From positions 434,001 through 479,372 of the forward strand of contig JASTWF010000359.1 in assembly GCA_030390025.1 (NCBI GenBank): a stretch of DNA of 45,372 bases, written 5' to 3'. The notes beneath the pieces were generated by a model, which saw only the letters and a program-made list of their open reading frames with translations, searched no databases and was not told where the DNA came from. Within the stretch, counting starts at the first letter, position 1. Each line of letters starts with the position of its first letter. The translations under genes were made by a program, and so were the position numbers. The stretch is from Squalus acanthias (lineage: Eukaryota). Shown here piece after piece: positions 11,401-22,200 of the stretch.

Positions 11401-14400
11401 GGGCAGGACTGAGGGAGTGCCGCACTGTCGGAGGGGCAGCACTGAGGCAGTGTTGCATTGTCGGAGGGGCAGTACTGAGGGAGTGTTGCACTGTCGGAGG
11501 GGCAGTACTGAGGAAACTCCGCACTGTCGGAGGGGCAGTACTGAGGGAGCGCCGCACTGTCGGAGGGGCAGTACTGAGGGAGCGCCGCACTGTCGGAGTG
11601 GCTGTACTGAGGGAGTGCTGCATTGTCGCAGGGCAGTACTGAGGGAGCGCGGCAATGTCGGAGGGGCAGTACTGAGGGAGTGCCGTACTGTCGGAGGGGC
11701 AGTACTGAGGGAGTGCTCCACTGTCGGAGGGGCAGTACTGAGGGAGTGCCGCACTGTCGGAGGGGCAGTACTGAGGGAGTGCCGCACTGTCGGAGGGGCA
11801 GCACTGAGGGAGTGTTGCCCTGTCGGAGGGTCAGCACTGAGTGAGTGTTGCACTGTCGGAGTGGCAGTACTGAGGGAGTGCCGCACTGTCGGAGTGGCAG
11901 AACTGAGGGAGCGATACACTGTCGGAGGGGCAGCACTGAGGTAGTGCAGCACTGTTGGAGGGGCCGCACTGAGGGAGTGCTGCACTGTGAGAAGGGCAGT
12001 ACTGAGGGAGTGTTGCACTGTCGGTGGGGCAGGACTGAGGGAGTGCCGCACTGTCGGAGGGGCAGCACTGAGGGAGTGTTGCACTGTCGGAGGGGCAGTA
12101 ATGAGGGAGTGTTGCACTGTCGGAGGGGCAGTACTGAGGAAGCGCTGCACTGTTTGAGGGGCAGTACTGAGGGAGCGCTGCACTGTCGGAGGGGCAGTAC
12201 TGAGGGAACGCCGCACTGTCGGAGGGCACTACTGAGGGAGCGCGGCACTGTCGGAGGGGCAGTACTGAGGGAGCGCCGTACCGTCGGAGTGGCAGTACTG
12301 AGGGAGAGCTGCACTGTCGGAGGGGCAGTACTGAGGGAGTGCCGCACTGTCAGAGGGGCAGCAATGAGGGAGTGTTGCACTGTCGGAGGGGCAGTACTGC
12401 AGGAGTGCCGCACTGTCGGACGGGCAGTACTGAGGGAGCGATGCACTGTCGGAGGGGCAGGACTGAGAGAGTGCGGCACTGTCGGAGGGGCAGTACTGAG
12501 GAAGCGCCGCAATGTTTGAGGGGCAGAAACTGAGGGAGCGCTGCACTGTCGGAGAGGCAGTACTGAGGGAACGTCGCACTGTCGGAGGGGCAGTAATGAG
12601 GGAGCGCCGCACTGTCGGAGGGGCAGTACTGAGGGAGCGCCGCACTGTCGGAGGGGCTGTACTGAGGGAGTGCTGCACTGTCAGAGTGGCAGTACTGAGG
12701 GAGCGACGCACTGTCGGAGGGCAGTACTGAGGGAGCGCGGCACTGTCGGAGGGGCAGTACTGAGGGAGTGCTGCACTGTCGGAGGGGCAGTACTGAGGGA
12801 GCGCCGCACTGTCGGAGGGTCAGTACTGAGGGAGCGCTGCACTGTCGGAGGGGCAGTACTGAGGGAGTGCTGCACTGTCGGAGGGGCAGTACTGAGGGAG
12901 TGCCGCACTCTCGGAGGGGCAGCACTGAGGGAGTGTTGCACTGTCGGAGGGGCAGCACTGAGGGAGTGCCGCACTCTCGGAGGGGCAGCACTGAGGGAGT
13001 GTTGCACTGTCGGAGGGGCAGCACTGAGGGAGTGCTGCACTGTCGGAGGGGCAGTACTGAGGGAGTGTCACACTGTCGGAGAGGCAGTACTAAGGGAGCG
13101 CCGCACTGTCGGAGGGGCAGTACTGAGGGAGCGCCGCACTGTCAGAGGGGCAGTACTGAGGGAGCGCCGCACTGTCGGAGGGTCAGTACTGAGGGAGCGC
13201 CGCACTGTCGGAGGGTCAGTACTGAGGGAGCGCCGCACTGTCGGAGGGGCAGTACTGAGGGAGCGCCGCACTGTCGGAGGGGCAGTACTGAGGGAGCGCC
13301 GCACTGTCGGAGGGGCAGTACTGAGGGAGTGCCGCAATGTCGGAGGGTCAGTACTGAGGGAGCGCCGCACTGTCGGAGGGGCAGTACTGAGGGAGCGCCG
13401 CACTGTCGGAGGGGCAGTACTGAGGGATCGCTGCACTGTCGGAGGGGCAGTATTGAGGGAGTTTTGCACATGTCGGATGGGCAGTACTGAGGGAGCGCCG
13501 CACTGTCGGAGGGGCAGTACTGAGGGAGCGCCGCACTGTTGGAGGGGCAGTACTGAGGGAGCACGGCGCTGTCGGAGGGGCAGTACTGAGGGAACGCCGC
13601 ACTGTCGGAAGGGCAGTACTGAGGGAGCGCTGCACTGTCGGAGCGGCAGTACTTAGGGAGCGTCACACTGTCGGAGAGGCAGTACTGAGGGAGCGCCGCA
13701 CTGTCGGAGGGGCAGTACTGAGGGAGCGCCGCACTGTCAGAGGGGCAGTACTGAGGGAGTGCGGCACTGTCGGAGGTGCAGTACTGAGGAAGCGCCGCAC
13801 TGTTTGAGGGGCAGTACTGAGGGAGCGCTGCACTGTCGGAAAGGCAGTACTGAGGGAACGTCGCACTGTCGGAGGGGCAGTACTGAGGGAGCGCCGCACT
13901 GTCGGAGGGTCAGTACTGAGGGAGCGCTGCACTGTCGGAGGGGCAGTACTGAGGGAGTGCTGCACTGTCGGAGGGGCAGTACTGAGGGAGTGCCGCACTG
14001 TCGGAGGGGCAGCACTGAGGGAGTGTTGCACTGTCGGAGGGGCAGCACTGAGGGAGTGCCGCACTCTCGGAGGGGCAGCACTGAGGGAGTGTTGCACTGT
14101 CGGAGGGGCAGCACTGAGGGAGTGCTGCACTGTCGGAGGGGCAGCACTGAGGGAGTGCCGCACTGTCGGAGGGGCAGTACTGAGGGAGCGTCACACTGTC
14201 GGAGAGGCAGTACTAAGGGAGCGCCGCACTGTCGGAGGGGCAGTACTGAGGGAGCGCCGCACTGTCAGAGGGGCAGTACTGAGGGAGCGCCGCACTGTCG
14301 GAGGGTCAGTACTGAGGGAGCGCCGCACTGTCGGAGGGTCAGTACTGAGGGAGCGCCGCACTGTCGGAGGGGCAGTACTGAGGGAGCGCCGCACTGTCGG

Positions 14401-15490
14401 AGGGGCAGTACTGAGGGAGCGTTGCACTGTCGGAGGGGCAGTACTGAGGGAGTGCCGCAATGTCGGAGGGTCAGTACTGAGGGAGCGCCGCACTGTCGGA
14501 GGGGCAGTACTGAGGGAGCGCCGCACTGTCGGAGGGGCAGTACTGAGGGAGCGCTGCACTGTCGGAGGGGCAGTATTGAGGGAGTTTTGCACTGTCGGAT
14601 GGGCAGTACTGAGGGAGCGCCGCACTGTCGGAGGGGCAGTACTGAGGGAGCGCCGCACTGTTGGAGGGGCAGTACTGAGGGAGCACGGCGCTGTCGGAGG
14701 GGCAGTACTGAGGGAACGCCGCACTGTCGGAAGGGCAGTACTGAGGGAGCGCTGCACTTTCGGAGCGGCAGTACTTAGGGAGCGTCACACTGTCGGAGAG
14801 GCAGTACTGAGGGAGCGCCGCACTGTCGGAGGGGCAGTACTGAGGGAGCGCGGCACTGTTGGAGGGGCAGTACTGAGGGAGCACGGCGCTGTCGGAGGGG
14901 CAGTACTGAGGGAACGCCGCACTGTCGGAAGGGCAGTACTGATGGAGCGCTGCACTGTCGGAGCGGCAGTACTTCGGGAGCGTCACACTGTCGGAGAGGC
15001 AGTACTGAGGGAGCGCCGCACTGTCGGAGGGGCAGTACTGAGGGAGCGACGCACTGTCAGAGGGGCAGTACTGAGGGAGCGCTGCACTGTCGGAGGGACA
15101 GTACTGAGGGAGCGCCGCACTGTCAGAGGGGCAGTACTGAGGGAGCGCCGCACTGTCGGAGGGGCAGTACTGGGGGAGCGCCGCACTGTCGGAGGGGCAG
15201 TACTGAGGGAGCGCCGCACTGTCGGAGAGGCAGTACTGAGGGAGCGCCGCACTGTCGGAGAGGCAGTACTGAGGGAGCGCCGCACTGTCGGAGGGGCAGT
15301 ACTGGGGGAGCGCCGCACTGTCGGAGGGGCAGTACTGAGGGAGCGCCGCACTGTCGGAGAGGCAGTACTGAGGGAGCGCCGCACTGTCGGAGAGGCAGTA
15401 CTGGGGAGCGCTGCACTGTCGGAGGGGCAGTACTGAGGGAGTGCTGCACTGTCAGAGGGGCAGTACTGAGGGAGCGCCGCACTGTCGGAT
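2470..15490 (+). repeat. 33-bp GC-rich minisatellite, roughly 395 copies
   Basis: Consensus CAGTACTGAGGGAGYGCYGCACTGTCGGAGGGG with many point variants and occasional 32-bp units that shift the pseudo-ORF frames. Copy number is length/33. Confidence 0.98.
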
Positions 15491-15870
15491 GTGCCATCTT
15501 TCAGATGAGACGTTAAACCGAGGCCCTGTCTGCCCTCTGAGGTGGATGTTAAAGATCCCATTGCACTACATTGAAGAAGAGCAGGGGAGTTCTCCCCGGT
15601 GCCCTGGACCAATAGTTTTCCCTCACACAACATAATTGAAACAGATTGTCTGTCATGTTGCTGTTTGTGAAAGATGTGATAGACACGCAAGTCTTGGTTT
15701 CTTTTTTTAAGTTCAGGATTTATCACAGGCTGATGTTTATCGGAACATTCTTTTATGATGTTTTACACTAAACAAAATAAATCTCTCCAAACTAGTTTAA
15801 GCACAGCCCTCCTCAATGATTCAGCTATCGCTGTACAGTGAAACAGCATCCAGTGACAGTCTGCACTGTT

Positions 15871-15991
15871 AGAAAGAAAAAAGAAAGACTTGCATTCCTA
15901 TAGGGCCCTTCACGGCCGCAGGACATCCCAAAGCGTTTTACAGAAAATGAAGTACTTTTGAATTGTAGTCACTGTTATAATGTAGGAAACG
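15871..15991 (-). mobile_element. 5'-truncated DeuSINE 3' tail
   Basis: AAAGAAAGACTTGCATT..CAAAGCGTTTTACAG..GAAGTACTTTTGAATTGTAGTCACTGTTATAATGTAGGAAACG is the reverse complement of ~412-520. Confidence 0.85.
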
Positions 15992-16260
15992 TCAGCTGAT
16001 CTCAAACATGGCAGTATTCCGGGCACCAATGTGGGCACAGTAGCGCTGGGGTGGGAGGGTTGGTGGGGAGATCAGCCTGGATTCCCACACTGCCGACTGC
16101 TGCTAGTAACCACGGGTGTGGTTAGAAGTCAGGGAAAGATCAAATCTGACTGTGAGGCTCCATCCATGGTCAAATAGCCGGTTAAGGTTCACGTTGAAGC
16201 ACAGGCAAGGAACAGAAAGGTGACCGGTACAGCAGTGAGAGACAGCACCTTCAGGAGAGG
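15992..16260 (+). mobile_element. Decayed, unnamed SINE-like interspersed repeat that runs into array 2
   Basis: Shares motifs with the minus-strand element at 43890-44085 (GAGATCAGCCTGGATTCC vs GAGAATCAGCCCAGGTTCC; CCATGGTCAAATAGCC vs CCATTGTCGAATAGCC). Ends in a diverged first array unit. Confidence 0.5.
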
Positions 16261-19200
16261 AGAGAGAAACCAACCGTACCCCAGTGAGAGTCAGCACCTT
16301 CAGGAGAGGAGAGAGAAACCAACCGTACCCCAGTGAGAGTCAGCACCTTCAGGAGAGGAGAGAGAAACCAACCGTACCCCAGCGAGAGTCAGCACCTTCA
16401 GGAGAGGTGACAGAAACCAACCGTACCCCAGTGAGTGTCAGCACCTTCAGGAGAGGAGAGAGAAACCAACCGTACCCCAGGGAGAGTCAGCACCTTCAGG
16501 AGAGGAGAGAAACCAACCGTACCCTAGTGAGAGTCATCACGTTCAGGAGAGGAGAGAGAAACCAACCGTACCCCAGTGTGAGTCAGCACCTTCAGGAGAG
16601 GAGAGAAACCAACCGTACCCCAGTGAGAGTCAGCACCTTCAGGAGAGGAGAAACCAACCATACCCCAGTGAGAGTCAGCACCTTCAGGAGAGGAGAGAGA
16701 AACCAACCGTACCCCAGTGAGAGTCAGCACCTTCAGGAGAGAGAAACCAACCGTGCTCCAGTGAGAGTCAGCACCTGCAGGAGAGGAGAAACCAACCGTA
16801 CCCCAGTGATAGTCAGCACCTTCAGGAGAGAAGAGAGAAACCAACCGTACCCCAGTGAGAGTCAGCACCTTCAGGAGAGAGAGAAACCAACCGTACCCCA
16901 GTGAGAGTCAGCACCTTCGGGAGAGGAGAGAGAAACCAACCGTACCCCAGTGAGAGTCAGCACCTTCAGGAGAGAGAGAAACCAACCGTACCCCAGTGAG
17001 AGTCAGCACCTTCAGGAGAGGAGAGAGAAACCAACCGTACCCCAGTGAGAGTCAGCACCTTCAGGAGTGGAGAGAGAGAAACCTACCGTGCCCCAGTGAG
17101 AGTCAGCACCTTCAGGAGAGGAGAGAGAAACCAACCGTTCCCCAGTGAGAGTCAGCATCTTCAGGAGAGGAGAGAGAAACCAACCGTACCCCAGTGAGAG
17201 TCAGCACCTTCAGGAGAGGAGAGAGAAACCAACCGTTCCCCAGTGAGAGTCAGCACCTTCAGGAGAGAGAGAAACCAACCGTACCCCAGGGAGAGTCAGC
17301 ACCTTCACGAGAGGAGAAACCAACCGTACCCCAGTGAGAGTCAGCACCTTCAGGAGAGAAGAAACCAACCGTACCCCAGTGAGAGTCAGCACCTTCAGGA
17401 GAGAAGAAACCAACCGTACCCCAGTGAGAGTCAGCACCTTCAGGAGAGGAGAGAGAAACCAACCGTACCCCAGTGAGAGTCAGCACCTTCAGGAGAGGAG
17501 AGAGAAACCAACCGTACCCCAGTGACAGTCAGCACCTTCAGGAGAGGAGAGAAACCAACCGTACCCCAGTGAGAGCCAGCACCTTCAGGAGAGGAGAGAG
17601 AGAAACCAACTGTACCCCAGAGAGAGTCAGCACCTTCAGGAGAGAAGAGAGAAACCAACCATACCCCAGAGAGAGTCAGCACCTTCAGGAGAGGAGAGAG
17701 AAACCAACCGTACCCCAGTGAGAGTCAGCACCTTCAAGAGAGGAGAAACCAACCGTACCCCAGTGAGAGTCAGCACCTTCAGGAGAGAGAGAAAAACCAA
17801 CCGTACCCCAGTGAGAGTCAGCACGTTCAGGAGAGAAGAGAGAAACCAACCGTACCCCAGTGAGAGTCAGCACCTTCAGGAGAGGAGAAAGAAACCAACC
17901 GTACCCCAGTGAGAGTCAGCACCTTCAGGAGAGGAGAGAGAAACGAACCGTACCCCAGTGAGAGTCAGCACCTTCAGGATAGGAGAGAGAAACCAACCGT
18001 ACCCCAGTGAGAGTCAGCACCTTCAGGAGAGGAGAGAGAAACCAAACGTACCCCAGTGAGAGTCAGCACCTTCAGGAGAGGAGAGAGAAACCAACCGTAC
18101 CCCAGTGAGAGTCAGCACCTTCAGGAGAGGAGAGAGAAACCAACCGTACCCCAGTGAGAGTCAGCACCTTCAGGAGAGGAGAAACCAACCGTACCCCAGT
18201 GAGAGTCAGCACCTTCAGGAGAGGAGAAACCAACCGTACCCCAGGGAGAGTCAGCATCTTCAGGAGAGGAGAGAGAGAAACCAACCGTACCCCAGTGAGA
18301 GTCAGCACCTTCAGGAGAGGGGAGAGAAACCAACCGTACCCCAGTGAGAGTCAGCACCTTCAGGAGAGGAGAAACCAACCGTACCCCAGTGAGAGTCAGC
18401 ACCTTCAGGAGAGGAGAGAGAAACCAACCGTACCCCAGTGAGAGTCAGCACCTTCAGGAGAGGAGAAACCAACCGTACCCCAGTGAGAGTCAGCACCTTC
18501 AGGAGAGGAGAAACCAACCGTACCCCAGTGAGAGTCAGCACCTTCAGGAGAGGAGAGAGAAACCAACCGTACCCCAGTGAGAGTCAGCACCTTCAGGAGT
18601 GGAGAGAGAAACGAACCGTACCCCAGTGAGAGTCAGCACCTTCAGGAGAGAGAGAAACCAACCGTACCCCAGTGAGAATCAGCAACTTCAGGAGAAGAGA
18701 GAGAAACCAACCGTACCCCAGTGAGAGTCAGCACCTTCAGGAGAGAGAAACCAACCGTACCCCAGTGAGAGTCAGCACCTTCAGGAGAGGAGAGAGAGAA
18801 ACCAACTGTACCCCAGTGAGAGTCAGCACCTTCAGGAGAGGAGAGAAACCAACCGTACCCTAGTGAGAGTCAGCACCTTCGGGAGAGGAGAGAGAAACCA
18901 ACCGTACCCCAGTGAGAGTCAGCACCTTCAGGAGAGAAGAGAGAAACCAACCGTACCCCAGTGAGAGTCAGCACCTTCGGGAGAGGAGAGAGAAACCAAC
19001 CGTACCCCAGTGAGAGTCAGCACCTTCAGGAGAGGAGAAACCAACCGTACCCCAGTGAGAGTCAGCACCTTCAGGAGAGGAGAAACCAACCGTACCCCAG
19101 GGAGAGTCAGCACCTTCAGGAGAGGAGAAACCAACCGTACCCCAGTGAGAGTCAGCACCTTCAGGAGAGAGAAACCAACCGTACCCCAGTGAGAGTCAGC

Positions 19201-22200
19201 ACCTTCAGGAGAGAGAAACCAACCGTACCCCAGTGAGAGTCAGCAACTTCAGGAGAGGAGAAACCAACCGTACCCCAGTGAGAGTCAGCACCTTCAGGAG
19301 AGGAGAAACCAACCGTACCCCAGTGAGAGTCAGCACCTTCAGGAGAGGAGAGAAACCAACCGTACCCCAGGGATAGTCAGCACCTTCAGGAGAGGGGAGA
19401 GAAACCAACCGTACCCCAGGGAGAGTCAGCACCTTCAGGAGAGAGAAAACAACCGTACCCCAGTGAGAGTCAGCACCTTCAGGAGAGGAGAGAGAAACCA
19501 AACGTACCCCAGTGAGAGTCAGCACCTTCAGGAGAGAGAAAACAACCGTACCCCAGGGAGAGTCAGCACCTTCAGGAGAGGAGAGAGAAACCAACCGTAC
19601 CCCAGTGATAGTCAGCACCTTCAGGAGAGGAGAGAGAATCCAACCGTACCCCAGTGAGAGTCAGCACCTTCAGGAGAGGAGAAACCAACCGTACCCCAGT
19701 GAGAGTCAGCACCTTCAGGAGAGGAGAGAGAAACGAACCGTACCCCAGTGAGAGTCAGCACCTTCAGGAGAGGAGAGAGAAACGAACCGTACCCCAGTGA
19801 GAGTCAGCACCTTCAGGAGAGGAGAAACCAACCGTACCCCAGTGAGAGTCAGCACCTTCAGGAGAGGAGAGAGAATCCAACCATACCCCAGTGAGAGTCA
19901 GCACCTTCAGGAGAGGAGAGAAACCAACCATACCCCAGTGATAGTCAGCACCTTCAGGAGAGGAGAGAGAAACCAACCGTACCCCAGTGAGAGTCAGCAC
20001 CTTCAGGAGAGGAGAGAGAAACCAACCGTACCCCAGTGAGAGTCAGCACCTTCAGGAGAGAGAGAAACCAACCGTACCTCAGGGAGAGTCAGCATCTTCA
20101 GGAGAGGAGAAACCAACCGTACCCCAGTGAGAGTCAGCACCTTCAGGAGAGGAGAGAGAAACCAACCGTACCCCAGGGATAGTCAGCACCTTCAGGAGAG
20201 GAGAGAGAATCCAACCATACCCCAGTGAGAGTCAGCACCTTCAGGAGAGGAGAGAGAAACCAACCGTACCCCAGTGAGAGTCAGCACCTTCAGGAGAGGA
20301 GAGAGAAACCAACCGTACCCCAGTGAGAGTCAGCACCTTCAGGAGAGAGAATCCAACCGTACCCCAGTGAGAGTCAGCACCTTCAGGAGAGAGAAACCAA
20401 CCGTATCCCAGTGAGAGTCAGCACCTTCAGGAGAGAGAGAAACCAACCGTACCCCAGGGAGAGTCATCACCTTCAGGAGAGGAGAAACCAACCGTACCCC
20501 AGTGAGAGTCAGCACCTTCAGGAGAGGAGAGAGAAACCAACCGTACCCCAGTGAGAGTCAGCACCTTCAGGAGAGGAGAGAGAAACCAACCGTACCCCAG
20601 TGAGAGTCAGCACCTTCAGGAGAGGAGAGAGAAACCAACCATTCCCCAGTGAGAGTGAGCACCTTCAGGAGAGGAGAAACCAACCGTACCCCAGTGAGAG
20701 TCAGCACCTTCAGGAGAGGAGAGAGAAACCAACCGTTCCCCAGTGAGAGTCAGCACCTTCAGGAGAGGAGAGAGAAACCAACCGTACCCCAGTGAGAGTC
20801 AGCACCTTCACGAGAGGAGAAACCAACCGTACCCCAGTGAGAGTCAGCACCTTCAGGAGAGGAGAGAAAAAACAACCGTACCCCAGTGAGAGTCAGCACC
20901 TTCAGGGAGAAGAAACCAACCGTACCCCAGTGAGAGTCAGCACCTTCAGAGAGGAGAGAGAAACCAACCGTACCCCAGTGAGAGTCAGCACCTTCAGGAG
21001 AGGAGAGAGAAACCAACCGTACCCCAGTGACAGTCAGCACCTTCAGGAGAGGAGAGAAACCAACTGTACCCCAGTGAGAGTCAGCACCTTCAGGAAAGGA
21101 GAGAGAAACCAACCGTACCCCAGTGAGATTCAGCACCTTCAGGAGAGGAGAGAGAAACCAACCGTACCACAGTGAGAGTCAGCACCTTCAGGAGAGGAGA
21201 GAGAAACCAACCGTACCCCAGTGAGAGTCAGCACCTTCAGGAGAGGAGAGAGAAACCAACCGTACCCCAGTGAGAGTCAGCACCTTCAGGAGAGGGGAGA
21301 GAAACCAACCGTACCCCAGTGAGAGTCAGCACCTTCAGGAGAGGAGAGAGAAACCAACCGTACCCCAGTGAGAGTCAGCACCTTCAGGAGAGGAGAGAGA
21401 GAAACCAACTGTACCCCAGTGAGAGCCAGCACCTTCAGGAGAGAAGAGAGAAACCAACCGTACCCCAGTGAGAGTCAGCACCTTCAGGAGAGGAGAGAGA
21501 AACCAACCGTACCCCAGTGAGAGTCAGCACCTTCGGGAGAGGAGAGAGAAACCAACCGTACCCCAGTGAGAGTCAGCACCTTCAGGAGAGGAGAAACCAA
21601 CCGTACCCCAGTGAGAGTCAGCACCTTCAGGAGAGGAGAGAGAAACCAACCGTACCCCAGTGAGAGTCAGCACCTTCAGGAGAGGAGAGAGAAACCAACC
21701 GTACCCCAGTGAGAGTCAGCACCTTCAGGAGAGGAGAAACCAACCGTACCCCAGTGAGAGTCAGCACCTTCAGGAGAGAGAGAAACCAACCGTACCCCAG
21801 TGAGAGTCAGCACCTTCAGGAGAGGAGAAACCAACCGTACCCCAGTGAGAGTCAGCACCTTCAGGAGAGGAGAGAGAAACCAACCGTACCCCAGTGAGAG
21901 TCAGCACCTTCAGGAGAGAGAAACCAAACGTACCCCAGTGAGAGTCAGCACCTTCAGGAGAGGAGAGAGAAACCAACCGTACCCCAGTGATAGTCAGCAC
22001 CTTCAGGAGAGGAGAGAGAAACCAACCGTATCCCAGTGAGAGTCAGCACCTTCAGGAGAGGAGAGAGAAACCAACCGTACCCCAGTGATAGTCAGCACCT
22101 TCAGGAGAGGAGAGAGAAACCAACCGTACCCCAGTGAGAGTCAGCACCTTCAGGAGAGGAGAGAGAAACCAACCGTACCCCAGTGAGAGTCAGCACCTTC

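Larger units (their letters stand above)
2368..15670 (+). mobile_element. One SacSINE1-like DeuSINE split by a ~13 kb internal tandem expansion
   Basis: tRNA-like head at 2368-2470 (..GAGTCAGAAGG..GGTTCAAGGCCCACTCCAGAGACTTG..TCTAGGCTGACACTCCAG), then the array, then the collinear SINE body at 15490-15670 (GTGCCATCTTTCAGATGAGACGTTAAACCGAGG..GAAGAAGAGCAGGGGAGTTCTCCCCGG). Confidence 0.85.

Noticed and set aside
2403..15726. Long ORFs of up to 721 aa on both strands (HCRRGSTEGVL, STAPPTVRRSL, PQYCPSDSAAL repeats) that look mucin-like or Cys/His-rich
   Set aside because: A 33-bp unit without stops in most frames opens many frames at once. Frames switch at 32-bp units, and the array lies inside a SINE.
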